Positions 25,041-38,850 of a stretch of DNA of 64,000 nt are shown here, one piece after another. The DNA is from Eledone cirrhosa. Its lineage: Eukaryota. Position 1 is the stretch's first letter. Each line of letters opens with the position of its first letter. Below the pieces are notes generated by a model that saw only the letters and a program-made list of their open reading frames with translations, was not told the origin of the DNA and ran no database searches. Made by a program: the position numbers and the translations under genes. The stretch is taken from the NCBI GenBank assembly GCA_964016885.1, contig OZ024743.1, positions 30,566,001 through 30,630,000 of the forward strand, written 5' to 3'.

Positions 25041-27948
25041 ATTACAAAAACGAGTATATCCTACTTGCTTATAATAATTAATGTCTTCAATAATATGAAA
25101 TATAACTTCGAGAACTAAGCCGCAAAAACAGATTGACACCAATGCGCGTTAAGAGATGATAATCGGCCATCGTCTATATAATCATAAATAAATGTTTTAG
25201 GCTGCAGATAAAATTATGTATTGTGTAAGTTGCAGTCTGTTAATTGCTACAGTTTTCGTTTTGGAAACTACGCATGCTACATCGGCAAAAGAAAAATAAA
25301 TATAAAACATCAATTAATATATGTTATATAAATGGAATCGAATAAATAATAGATAAATAGACGTATGATAATAGACAAATAGACGTTAGATAAATTTAGA
25401 TACTATTATTATTGTAAATATAGCTAAAAAAGTTGAATACCCTAGCTGTACCAATAATAAGTTGCAATTATCTGAAATCCTCATCTCTATCTTAAGTGGA
25501 TTAGCAAGCAACGAAAAGAAAAATTAAATCTAGAGTTAGAATATAGTATGTAAAAGCAGAGTAACGAGTACATGAACGCAAAGCTTCTCTTGTAAATCTA
25601 TTGTAAGAAATATTTTCTGTAACATGAATATGAAATTCTATAAGATATCTACATTAAATGAATATTTTATTCCGGTTGAAGTTAATTCTAAACATAGGAA
25701 AAGCAGGAGAATATATTAGTATAGGGATGGAAATAATACACATATAATTTAGTCATAAGTGATGAAACAAAAAGACAAAAAACTGCTAAATAGCCATAAT
25801 ATTAGGCTATTGTTAAGTTACATAAACATATCAGCCCTGCTTTATTATTGCCTAAATAATCACTGAGATCTAAAGAGATATGTTTGCGGCACAATGGCAA
25901 AATCCTATTTAAAAGAAAATTCTGTGTGTGTGTGTATGTTGGAAGGAAACAGCGTATTGTAATGGAAATGGAGTATAAACACAGACATATGAAGGTTTAA
26001 GGTTACATGTATAAGAACACATTATGCTAGCACGAGGATATATGCGCAGAAGCATAATCATGTGAAAAAAACAAAAAACAGTTACACTTCGTATGAGATT
26101 GTAAAAGAGCCTATACATAGGAATATGTCAACTTGTATTGAGCAAGATAGGACAATTAATCAACTTAACAATTCCTATTGTCGAAAAAATATCGAATCAG
26201 AAAAGCATACCTTTTTAAATATAATCTCTGGAAATAGAGATAACCTGAATATGGAAAGCGAAAATATAAGCATCTTTCGTAATACTAGTACTGCCATGGG
26301 AATAATGGAAATAATGCTGACAAATATATGAACAAACGGCAAAGTGCATATTAGCAGGAAATGTGAGAGGAGGGGGGACTCGATTATAGCTACTCCAGTA
26401 TTTGACAACTACATTATTTCATGATCCCAGAGAGATGGAACGAAAAGTAAATGAGCTGAATAAATAACACAAAAGTCTTCTATCTAACATTCTGCAAAGT
26501 GTATCATTCTACCACGTTTCAACCAGAAACAAAGACTAATAGGTACACCACATGTATGATGTATATTACTTCTAATGAAACATAAAGATGTAAAAAATAA
26601 TACCGATATTAAAGTATTGCCCATTACAAACCCACACTTAGCTATTCTTAATTTTGCAAGCTGAAACATGCAATTGGTTGAAAATATGGATTCAGAAATA
26701 TGAAATACTTGAATAATCTTCAGAGGGCCTTGTTTAAAATCTTTTCATTTATATTCTCGATTACGGCAAAATTGATAATAACATCACCAATAGCTATACC
26801 AACAAAGACAAACACAATGCTAGTGACAATTAAAAAGCATTCATCGATTCGGTTAACAGGTTTCTTTGCGATATTTTTAATGTAATTTATGTCGAATCAC
26901 ATTAATTTTCGGGAACTTACCTCATGTTTATATGTGACATGTCATTAGTATATAAAATGTAATTAGATGTGAACACAGGTATGGTTAGTTGGTTAATAAA
27001 TTAACATCGCAATCTGACATCACATGTTAGATCCGATTGTGTTGCATCTTCCGTCCACTTAAAATTAGCGACTGAATCTGGTTTGACGGAAAATATATGG
27101 AAACTTATCTGGTATGTTGTACTTTTACGTCAGATGTCGATGTAATACTGCTAGGGAATTTAAATGTACACATTTATATTGATTACATAGCCAATTGCAA
27201 AATATTTTAACCTGACAGATGATACATCTAGCCAGACAAATAATTCGGTGCCAATGTGGAACGCAATCGAGCTGCATAATGTGCCTGTCAATGATCTTTT
27301 TAAATACATATTACCTTATTATTCAATGAATGACAGATTAGAAAAATGTAACCTACATAAATACTTTGTGACAATACTTTTCGATCAAGGCAGGGGTGAC
27401 TTTTCTCATCCCGCTGGTAAATTAGTGGCGAAAAACAAAGACTAATAAAAAAAACCAATAACAATGTATTTCAGAAAACAAATGTACATTCTATCTATCC
27501 GCTTGAATTGAGATACATAGTTTTAAAGTATAAATTTAAATAAATTATCTTTAAGATGACAGAAGGCTTGAACAATGCTTTCCTATTGTAAAATTTTGCT
27601 CTACAAAATCATGACAGAATACTTGCTAACTAAAAATTGATTAGAGAATAATCCAAATGGAGGAGCAGGCAATATTCAGCATCTAGAAAAAAGAAAATTA
27701 GCATTTGCTTCTATTCATTTTTTCATAATGGAAGGAGAGAAAATAACTGAAAATAAAGATTGTGTCTTTTCTACTTTTTTCTTTATAATACACATTCAAA
27801 TTGTAGCGGCACTTTAATCTGATTAGCGAATTAATTCGAAAATTGTGTTTTTTACCTATTCGTTTTACTGACATTATCGTGTACTCATACACACGCGCAG
27901 GCGTTATAAACACATACATTATACCAAAATCTCGTACACAAAATGGCA

Positions 27949-28060
<112 letters not shown>

Positions 28061-28489
28061 TACATATGTGTGTATATGTGTATATATGCCTATCTGTGCG
28101 TGTGTGAATAATTGTAAAATTAAATAAGGGAAGAACCCATCTCACTAACATCAAGTTATATTGACATTAAACGACTCTAAATAACCACAATTTCGAAAGA
28201 AGTCGAAAAAGTGCATAACATTTACAGAATAATTTGATTATGGAAGATACCTCCTCACATAGTCATGTGATTATAGGAGTGGTTACCCAAATAACATTCT
28301 AGGCCATTAATCATTCCTGAAACATAGATAAAAGATTTGGCAGAGTGGCTTTTCAAGGGCGTGGTGGCTGTTATTGGCAGCATATTCAATCACCCGTAGA
28401 TGTATATGTGGCAAATTCACCCTCATGAAATTATCGCTCTGACACACAGTGCAGATGGATAATGCACCAGAGTATTTAGGCATAAGTCA

Positions 28490-30480
28490 AATCGCATCAA
28501 GGACCTCAGAGTGATAAGAATTTTCTCAAACTGTGTGCAGTACCTAACAAAGACGCCTTTTGTATGACTACCAAACTGTATGGATTCCTCAAACGCTTTA
28601 AGAAGTCTTGCAGTTTTTATGGGATTAACTGTAATACTGCAACCACAACTGGTATCACTTCCACTTTATTCTCTTCCTCACATTCTTGCTAATTCCACCT
28701 TCAATTCAGTTTACTTGGTGATTTTTACTATCTCCTTTGTCGCAATATTCGTGTCATTTGGTATGGCCATGTCGATGATCTGACAGGATTTGTCTTTCGA
28801 GCTCAACCCTATTAGTTTGCAAATCATAATCGTAAGAAATCGTTGCTTTCACATCCTCTTGCAGGAATGTATAGGACTCATACTCATACCAAATCTTTAT
28901 GAATTCATATTGGTATAGATGCCAATGTAGGTATGGACAGATGTTTTTCATGGCGGTAATATTATTTCAGAATGCTCTCATCCACTTACCAATTAGACCA
29001 GATTTTACACATTCTTAACACATAGCCTGTATTTTTGTTAACCACACGTTCAGAATATATTTTATTTCATTGATTTGGTAGCAAAATATTGGTCTTGTGC
29101 TGCAGTTTTAACGTCTTCAGTGACATGGATCAAATCGCCTAGCTAAAGCCATTTCCACGATGTTGCACTATCCTTGATATCCCGTGGTTTTCTCTCAAAC
29201 TGACCAAACTGTCTCATTCCTAGATCTTTTCTTTTTTCTTTTGCTCTCTGTTTAAATTCTTCCTTTTCTACCATTTCTACTGCATTTATATTCATATTTT
29301 CTGTTGCATATTGCAACAATTCGCCGTCGCTATTTATCAAATATTCTGCAAGGGTTTTCCTTTCAAAACTTATACAATGATCCACACTGATGAGGCTTCA
29401 GCTACCATTCTTTCTCTCCGTGCATAGTCAATTAATATTTGCTTTACAATGACATTAATCTTCTCGTCTTTTCTATCTAAGTTTGATACTTGTGTTTCAG
29501 TCCGACTAGCAATGAATGCACAGCAATTGCCAAGATATTCATTGCAGTAACAAGATTTCTCGCATTCAAATTATATTTCAATATCATGTTTACTCTTTAT
29601 AAATATATGCCTCTAATATTTTCCTACATATATGTGTGCAAAATATCATCTCGTAGTACTAAGGACCCAAGATATGTATAGCCACTATCTTCTGGTTCTC
29701 CCATGGTTTCTCACGATGATAGATGTAATCATCTATAGCTTTGTTGGGCGCTGAACGTGCGGTCGGTTAAAGTTGCTTCGGTTTGGGTTCGGAGCAGAGC
29801 ACTAGTAGTAGTAGTAGTACTAATTGTTGTTGTTGTTGTTGTGATATCAGTTTTGCGTCAACTTTCAGTATCGGGCATTGTGGATTCTCGTTTGATTTCA
29901 GAAATTCATTAATATATCCATCATTTCACTCAGCAAATTAAAACATTTGAGTCCTAAGATTCGTGTTACTATTGCGATAATAATATTTTCATTGTTTTTT
30001 CCAGGTTCTTTGCATATTGTTTTTTAGTTCTGGAATTACTCAAAACTCTAGGCTTTTCTACTACAAGTTAAAATCTCTCCAAGAATATTTATGTATCATA
30101 CATTCTTTAATTTTCATTGAGAATATGAATATCTGCGCATATATTTTTCATTTCCTTGTCCGTTTCAACTGTCATATCGCACCGTACATTCAAAGGCTTG
30201 TTTTCAAGAGGCTGATTAGTTTTCTGTTAATAACACTTTTGGGGCTGAAAGGAATTTAAACGTTTTTTTCAAATTATCGAAATAAGATTTTTGTAATGTC
30301 ATCGAGTCTCCAGTTCTTTTGAGTATGCAGAAAACTGCAAGTGCCATCGTTTCATCTATTTCACGACTTTTTATCTAGGCTGCTAATGTATCGTCCTTAC
30401 CTATATTCTTTATAATGATTCTGGTTCCTTTTTCTCCAACCCATTCCTTGTCTCTTTATTTAGAATTCTTATTCAGACGC
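28490..30480 (-). mobile_element. Decayed R4/Dong-like (RLE) non-LTR retrotransposon
   Basis: CQIIDMAIPNDTNIATKEIVKITK..ELKVELARM, VEVIPVVV and QKASLLGTAHSLRKFL (RLE C-terminus); ORF 29143-29385 is part of it. Confidence 0.75.
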
Positions 30481-31799
30481 TGGCATAATTCCTCGGTCTT
30501 CAGTATTGTAGCAGAAGTATCGTATTGTTGTATTCTAGCTTTCAGGGGTTTATTTTTCACCCTTTCTCTCACCTCATAACACCTCTTCTCAAACTTCACC
30601 ATTAGCACCACCTCACTACTCTCACCGAGGCACTCTGAAACACGTTAATTTTAAAACTGCACATACCTCGACACTGAGTATTATTCCATGTCACATTTTT
30701 TTAAAGATGAAATATAATGTATGGTAATTTAGCTAGATAACTGGCATCTGCATTTCGAGAAAGTAAGTCTTCTTCAGTTATTGCAAGACGTCATAGGATT
30801 ACTAATAGAGGTGAATCTTTGAATATGAAGAAATAATTGCCACTTATTGAATCAGACGTCTCAAATATTCAGTATTGGACACACGAAGATTTAAATAATA
30901 TTTGAAAGTATATTTTCATCTCTATACTCTCCTAGGAGGTAATTTGTATCAGTACTCACCATGAATATTAAATGATGTAAAGCTATACACATTTATTTTA
31001 GAGTTATTGAATACAAGTTTGGCTGGCTAGCTGAAGGAAATTAGCTATGGGTGGTGATAGATGTCGAAGTCACAAACAATATACTTGCCATCGATTCATT
31101 TGAGTTATATACCTTAAACCAATTGTGCTTTCTGATCATGCATATTTTTACACACCAAACATTTATCGGGACACCCGTCTGTATGTAAAACGTATGTTTA
31201 TTGATCATGTATACTCATGGTTTATATAGGTTAATGTAGATTGTATTCCCTCTCTCATTAACACAAATCACATTCTTCATAAGCATGTGAAATGAATTAT
31301 TAATGTTTTTTTGCGATGATAAAAATGTTGCTAGACGTTTGCATTCTTTCTCCAACTAAAAGGAAAATTCAGTTAGATAGGAATTTTTAGTCATTAATTC
31401 ATCGTGTTCTGCTTGATTCAATTCAAACACAATCATTGGCTCATTTGAATTATTTACCTTAGTTAACTCTACCTCGCCATCTTAGTACTTTACTATTATG
31501 GATAGACTAAATTTCTGTTTCCTCAGGTTCCTAACGCGATAAAAATAGTGACTATTTACCATTTACAAGTTTGTGACACTTGAAATAATACATCCATGAG
31601 AATGAATGAACTGGACATTAATTTTTTTTATTTATGATTTATTAGCCAAATATTTCGAAACTCTAATAGGCATTTTTTATTGACTTTCTAAATTGAACGA
31701 AATGTATGGATATTTAGATATTCCTCCTTATGGTATTTGTATTAATCTCGTTCTCAATATAAGCTCACAATACAACACTTGTACCTGACCATCACAGGT

Positions 31800-32500
31800 A
31801 ATTTCTTGCTTCAGCGAGAATCTCAGTGCTAGGAAATAATGGTGAGTGATTTATACTGGGAATCAGGGCGGAGGCATTTCAGGGTGACCATTCTAACATT
31901 TTTACATGAGTTGTGTATATTGTCCAGCTTTCAGAAGAATACAACGATGCAGAAAGAAAAGATGAGACATATACCTCAATCTTTCTGTCACTTTCGAATT
32001 TAGATTCTATGACCAGGTTTGGATTTAGAACTTGCAGAGCCCAGGCCCTACTGGTTTGGGGGCCGCTGATACACAAACAATTAGAATACATAGCAAAACC
32101 CCAGCGTTACATATCAAAGTTAGCTTCGTGTAAGTAATTGGAACTGAAGTGTTATACATACAGATATTGAATTAAAAAATTCCAACCACCCTAAAACTAA
32201 AAAGCCCATCTGAGAGCACACATATATTTCTACGGCTGTCGCTGGTAGCACCCTAGTCCAGGGGACCCGGGGCAATAATCCCCTTTGCCCCAAATTAAAT
32301 CCGGTTCTGTCTATGCTGCCAAAAGCATGTGCTGCCCTTTTGATGCGAGAAATGATACCCATGTCTAAAATTCCCTTAACAAGTACCAGATTAACTAGAT
32401 AATGAGAAGCCTGAAATTTAGGGGACGTTTTAGTTGTACATCTGAAAATACTCAATAAAAGGTACTTGTCTTGTGGCAGGTTCTTGTAGTTGTTGACAGC
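31800..32500 (-). pseudogene. RTE/BovB-like LINE remnant interrupted by a MITE
   Basis: SRIKRAAHAFG ... KIEVYV...SLYSSESWTIYTTHVKMLE (post-RT motifs). Confidence 0.7.
32014..32309. mobile_element. hAT-type MITE
   Basis: TIRs CAGGTTTGGATTTA / TAAATCCGGTTCTG; imperfect 8-bp TSD TCTATGAC/TCTATGCT. Confidence 0.65.
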
Positions 32501-33076
32501 GAGCTGTCCTTCTCTAACTGAGGGTGAGATTGATTTGCCCAATGGAATCCTCGTTACACCATTTACATATAAGTTCATATATGTAAACAGGTCAAATGAT
32601 TTTTTTCGAAACAAATTTTCCCTGATATATATTTATACTGTGTGTCTTCAATGTAGTAAATGCGAGGTTCACAATTAGAGTAACCACACATTTTGACTCT
32701 CGGTATTGTGTTTTAGTGGGTAATTGAAGCGATTTTGGTAGTCATCTGGTTGTGAAAATTTTATGTTTCTAGTGGTATATCAATTCTTTGGGCTTGTCTC
32801 ATTCGTGGGATGATCTTGTGGATAATTATGTATGCCTGCGTATATCGTGGATTGTGAAATGAGATATGGGATAGAGTATTGGATATTTTTGAAGTTGTGT
32901 TTGTTTTCAGTAATTCTTGAATGTCGATTGTTTTGGCACGGACTATTCTCTTGTCTAATAATAATGAGAGATACAATCTTTGGAGTAGTATTTCCTTTAC
33001 TTTTGGGAATCTATTCTTTCTGTTGTTTTATGCTTTGAGACAATTGCACAGATTTCTTCTTCTTCTTCTTCTTCTT

Positions 33077-33104
<28 letters not shown>

Positions 33105-33107
<3 letters not shown>

Positions 33108-35050
33108 ACCAGTATCCAAAATACCCTTCCAGTCGTTCATCATCAGTAAAGAGAGGATCGTTCCTAGAAAGATTTCAAGGCGCCCGAGGAAATCAGGCCA
33201 GGCTGCCCCTGTCGGGGCATAGGTAGCCAAAAGCTCGAAGACTTGATATGTTCTACTGGATACGTCCAACGCAGCCAGCTTACTTTTCGGATACAGGAGA
33301 ACAGTCCACATTGCAGAATCCATGTCTTTCGGAAATAACACAGCTTCTTTAGCCCCAAATCCAGTCGAGTTTGAAATGTGTACACTCAATAGTCACAGAT
33401 AATGGGAGCGAAATTCGTGTGACTGAATTTCTAGTCTTGCTGATGACCACCACATCTATGTTTAGTAAGCTGAAGTCGTAGAGTAGGTGGTCCTGCTTTC
33501 AGATGACTACACGCTATGTGCAGTCTCACTGCTTACCCCAAGAGAAGCCACGTTTGATAAGGAGAAGAAAACAGTGCCAAAACTATCTACCTTGGTCGTT
33601 TGCGGTTTCCATCACACGTATTTCTTTGTATAATCTATTTGTACATTCCCCTAGCAGCTGTGAATATTTTTCTTTGTATCAGCTTTTTTTGGTCTCTAAT
33701 TAATGACTTTGCTTGTGGGCGGCGCAATATTTTGGCGTAATGTGTATTTTGTTTTCGAAATTGTGGTGTTGTGTTTTAAGTAGTTTAGTAATTTGTGTTG
33801 TTTATGTTTAGTGCTGTATAGTGTGTGCGCGTTGTGCTTTTTATTGGATTTGCCTTTGTTATTATGGTTGTGGGTTTGTTCTCTCTCTCTCTTCTTCCCT
33901 TTGTTGTAAATATTTAAACTCATTTTAGTAATGTTGCTGTTGCGGATGAGTGTCAGGAAGAGTACGGGCTCCCTTTCTGTTCTTTTCCGTTTAAAGCAGA
34001 AAGCTCTCAGATGGGTGTTTGCACCTCATATATTACAGCGGGAGACCCCTCTTCGACAGCTATTAACAGCTCAGGGACATTCGTTGGTTTAATGATGTCA
34101 AGAATGTGTTGTAGCTGCAAATTCCGTCCAGATTACCGTAAATGATAAATGAATTTGGAGGACTTTTTCGTTATTCTGTACGCCATGCACGATTCTAGCC
34201 AGGAGATCTATATTTCAGGCGCCACCTTTTTTTCACGGTCACCCTCGATACACATTTCCCTATATAAGTAGCGATAAGCAGAAATACCTCACTTTTTCGT
34301 GGTTGATAGATTGCGCCTTGCTTTAGCCTTTTATGCAAATCTCACATCCATCGTCACGTATTCTTTTTTCTCTCCAATCAACTGGATTTTTTTTTCTTGC
34401 CATGCTTCCTTTAAGGCCCTTTGAATTTCTAGAATAGAGAGATTTCCCCGGCGTTTATTGCGGAGTTTTGCATATTTACAGATGATTGTATAATTCTGTA
34501 TATTCGAAATGATATCTCCCGGCATTGCTAGATGGATCTTTTTACCGTTCCTCTCTACTAGAAGTTTCGCTTCATTGAAACTAGCCAAATCCACATTGAT
34601 GTTTGTTGCAGTTTAATACAACTTTATACTTCTTCACTTATTTGGCATTGGAAGCAGTGTTGATTTTGTTGTTGGTAACCTTATCTTTGTTTTGGTTCTT
34701 GGTGCTGCTGTTGCTGTTGTTGTTGCTGTTGCTGTTGTTGTTGTTGTTGTTGTTGTTTTTGTGTGGCGTTTGCTTTTGGTTTTGTTATCATTGCTGTTGC
34801 CGTTATTGAATTTGTAGTAAGTACACCTGTCTTGTCTGCCCATTTCCTTTTTGTACCAGTCACCGATGAGACCTCAGGCGTCCTAGGAACCTAGACAGCC
34901 GACCTCCTCTGTAAACGCTGAATGACCACCATTTGTGACAGGATGCCCACGAGGTGGGATGACTCTTACAGTGGGTGTCGTTGGCTATCTTCCACGTCAA
35001 TGTCTTTGCCATTTTGTCCGATGGGTGCACCCGAATCACCAATCTAACTG
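33105..35050 (-). mobile_element. Older degenerate copy of the Tx1/L1-type LINE (ORF1 + APE)
   Basis: LATYAPTGAAWPDFLGRLEIFLGT..DWKGILD matches LVAVYAPTGAGRPDFFRRLETFLGT..DWNGILD at 41.9 kb; truncated at a (TTC)n run. Confidence 0.8.
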
Positions 35051-35177
35051 AGTTACAGATTCTGTCACATTCTCCTTTTAGCTTTTTCTTTTATTCGTTG
35101 CTTAATATTTTTTGTTGTTTTCTTCCTTTTCCTTTCACGTATAGTCTTTACGGTATTAATCCCACCTAATTGCCAAC

Positions 35178-35250
35178 TCTGTGTTCAAATCCCGCCGTCG
35201 TCAACTTTGGCTTTCATCCTTTAAATATCGATAAAGGAAGTACAAGTCCA
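35178..35250 (+). mobile_element. SINE fragment
   Basis: GTTCAAATCCCGCCG..CAACTTTGGCTTTCATCC. Confidence 0.7.
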
Positions 35251-35455
35251 GTCGAGGGATCGAATCTTCCTCTGTAGGAAAAATTGACTGTTGAGATCTA
35301 GAGAGGGTTGAGCTCCGCTAGGTTTAAATGCGCCCTACACATACTGTATGCCGGTGCTTCTACGATTCCACGATGAGTTATATGATCTTTATCCTATCAT
35401 TAACCTATAGTATTTTATAACGTTACTTTCTTTTTCGTTATGTTTGACTAAATAT

Positions 35456-35648
35456 TGGGGCGGTGGATTGGCAGTATCGGTAGAGGGTCGGACCACATGC
35501 TTTGACGCATAGTGTTACGGTCCTTGCCATTCTGAGTTCAAATCCCGCCGAGGTTAACTTTGCCTTTCACCCTTACGGGGTCGATAACATAAAGTACCAG
35601 TAATGTACTGGGTAATTTCTGGCCTTGATCCAATAGTAAAAACAATTA
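35456..35648 (+). mobile_element. Near full-length tRNA-derived SINE
   Basis: A-box TGGCAGTATCGG, B-box GTTCAAATCC, conserved GCCTTTCACCCTTACGGGGTCGATAA..AGTACCAG body (resembles the MetaSINE core as recalled). Confidence 0.85.
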
Positions 35649-36061
35649 TATTTCTTATTATGCTTATGAAATTGAAAATTTAGATGTTACTAATAGAATT
35701 TGTATTCACAATAAAAAATAAAAAGATTGACAATTGAACGATTACTACTAGGTCTCTCGGAAATTGCTACGGAAACGTCTGATTCATTCTCCAGTGATTC
35801 CATCTCATTTACCTTGCTACAGGCTTCAATAAATTCTGTTTTGACAGTTAAAGGACTGGCAATATTTAAATTTGGAGGTGATTGTAGTAAAATCCCATTT
35901 TACAGTAAATATCTTCCATATACTTGAGTATACACACTATCTAATGCAAAAGATTGTAACAGTGTTGTGACCACTGTCAACAAAAGTAAAACAACATTTA
36001 AATACTCATTAGTCGTGAAACCCTGGTGGCCGTGTTTCTCATGTGCAAAATAATAATAATA

Positions 36062-36270
36062 AAAATTGTTTCTACTTTAGATACAAGGCCAATTTGAAGG
36101 GGAGAGGAAAGTGACTTAAATTGACACCAGTACTTACTAGTGTTTTATTTTATCGATCCCGAAAGGCACAACTAATCTCGGTGGAGTTTTAAATCAGAAG
36201 GTAAAGGACCGTAACTCTCAGCCGAGAAGCAATGGGTCGGATGCTCTACTGATACTGCCAATCCACCTAA
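36062..36270 (-). mobile_element. SINE copy
   Basis: Reverse complement of the 35456 family. Confidence 0.8.
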
Positions 36271-36274
36271 GTGA

Positions 36275-38030
36275 AGAATGTTTAGTGGAATGCGACTTGC
36301 GGGGTAGGCTAGAAGTAAGTAGTATAGAAAAGGTGATTACGATCTGGAATGAGATAGGTGTCTTCCATGTAACTGAATCACAGCTAACTCTCCAGTCAAA
36401 ATGCATACGAGAAAGGGGTTGGCTGTCATATAAAAAAAAAATAAAGGAGATTGAAACAATGATTAAGAAAACTGCAGGGAATAGTGAAAAGATAGAGGTT
36501 AAGGGAAATCATGATACAGAGAACGAAAGCAAAACCAGTGACATTTTGATGAAAGCGCTATTGAAGGAAATATGGCAAAAAATGTTGTTGATTTTGTGGA
36601 TGAGATTACTGAAGTGGAAAGCCGGCAGTTTGAAATTAGAAACAAAAGTTGTGATGAACAACAAACAATCAATAACATGTTTACGACAAAATTGGAAAAT
36701 GGGCTGGTTTTGATGTAATTAATTTTATCGATGATGATAGAAATAACAGGGATTAACATGCAACAATGTTGGAAGAAAAGGGTTCAGGAATGTGTTACAA
36801 AATTGGAGAAATGAAAAAACTGTTATGTTACAGAATGAATGGGAGACAAAGAAACACTGGAAAGACAAGACCATGTGAAGAAGTAGAGAATAAATTCAGT
36901 CGTGGAGAAGTTGAAAAAAAGAATACATACAAAGATTGAAAAACTAAAGAAATATGAAGAAATAACTAACGAATACATGTAGAATAGATATTTACAAATC
37001 CACCAAAATCAAGTATTTGCGAAACTGGCAGCAATCCAAAGGGAGAATAATATAAAATCAGATGGAGAACAAAGCATCGGTGCAAATCTGTCCAACACAA
37101 TGAGAAAGCAATTTAAGAATCAAGTCACTGGAAACATACAAAGCATATAAATATGTAGGTTTGCTACAACCCCTAGAAATAAAAACGAGTAAATGAGTGA
37201 AATGGGCAGAAAAAGTACTTTTGAAGATGGAGGACGTCCATATTGCATGTTGGAAAATATTGTGAAACTATTAAACACCAGAGTTGTTTTAATAATTAGG
37301 CACAGTGTTACAGTGCAGGTATAGTCGAAAGGACGAAAGAAAGAGTTTGAAGGAAATATATCTGCCAAACTATGCCCCAACATGATAATGTAGACCGGCT
37401 GCATTGGAAAAGAAAGAAGTGTGGTATGGGATGGCTGAGCGTACAGGATACTGTCAAAATAGAAGAAAGTGGTATGGCCTTCTACATAAAAAAAGAAGAA
37501 AAACTGCTATTGGAGGTTATCCGGTAGGAATAACTGGGAAAGATCGAGGCATAGATATAACAAGAAATGCAGATCGTAAAGAAGCATTTGATGATAAGCC
37601 TCTGCTTTCAGCATTTCTTAAAGATAGAAGAAACGTAATTGATGACAAAAATACTTTATGTTTAAAGAAAAGCTACATTAAGGAAGAAACGGTAGGACTT
37701 ATATTAGCAGCACAAGATCAAGACATATGAAAAAGCAAGTTGTGTAATGAAAAACATAGACAAGAAAGATGAATGCAGAATTTGTGGGGAAAAGCAGAGA
37801 CAGGTGTTGTATCATTTTGGAGAAAACGCAGTGTGTCCAAATTGAATACAAAAAGGACTGACATGATCAGGTGACTTCCAGGTGGTAGAGGAGCATGTGT
37901 AAAAGTATGGATTTCCATTTCCAGAAAAAAACACAATTAACATGGTATCCCAGATGAGAGGAGAGTGCTAGAGTTTGAAATAAATTTGCTTAATTCAGAC
38001 TTAGGTGATGGTTGAGCACAACATACCATG
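36275..38030 (+). mobile_element. Decayed R4/Dong-like non-LTR retrotransposon
   Basis: WNEIGVFHVTESQLTLQ..IRERGWLS (N-terminus) and LKKSYIKEETVGLILAAQDQ, then CRICG zinc-finger remnant. Confidence 0.75.
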
Positions 38031-38162
38031 TATTGTTGTAATTGAGGAGGAAGAGAGAAGCTGTACCCTCTTCGTAATAGTCTGCTTTTTGACACGAGAA
38101 TGAAAAGAGGTGAACATTGGAGTATATACCGTCGTAAAATATGAGACACTGAAATGTTGAAA

Positions 38163-38310
38163 TAATGGGTTCTGATTTAGGCACAAGGCCAGCAATCTTG
38201 GCGAAAAGTACAGTCGATTAAATCGACCCAAGTGCGTGGATGTTAGTTTAATTTATCGACCCCGTAAGGATAAAAGGCAATGTTAACATCGGTGAGATTT
38301 CAAATGCTGA
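38163..38310 (-). mobile_element. SINE copy (another fragment at 38452-38530)
   Basis: GGCACAAGGCCAGCAAT...TTTATCGACCCCGTAAGGATAAAAGGCAA. Confidence 0.8.
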
Positions 38311-38850
38311 AATAATAAAGTGAAGATAATCACCATTATTCCAATGGTGATTGTTGCGTTTGGCGGAGTAACAACGAAACAAACAACATCAATATTGGTC
38401 GTGATATTCAAATAATAATAATAATAATATAATAATCATTATAATGATAATTATTTCTACTTTTGGCACAAGGCCTGCAATTTGAAGAGGAGGGGAATGT
38501 CGATTCAATCAACACCAGTGCATTACTAGGTTCGGTGATCTACCAATACTGTTAATAATAATAATAAAAATAATAATTATAATAATAATGATTTCTTTAT
38601 TAACCACAAGGGTTTACATAAAGTAGACATTAAGGACAGTGCAGGACAATGCAGGACGGTACAAATGGGCATTTCTGCGTGTAAAAAACAAAAACAGAGG
38701 ATGTAACAAAAATAACAATGAAAATAACAATGAAAAATTCCCCAATAGGGGGGAGACTTCGGAGGGACATTTGTGGAGAAAGCCCAGTAAAAAGCCACAA
38801 TGACCCTGACCACCAAGGCAAGTGCCCTCTCCCAGTTTTCCACCTTTAAT

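Noticed and set aside
30735-30785. Minus-strand CUGAAGA...GAAAUGCA hammerhead-like motif
   Set aside because: No valid NUH site adjacent to stem I and a poor stem II
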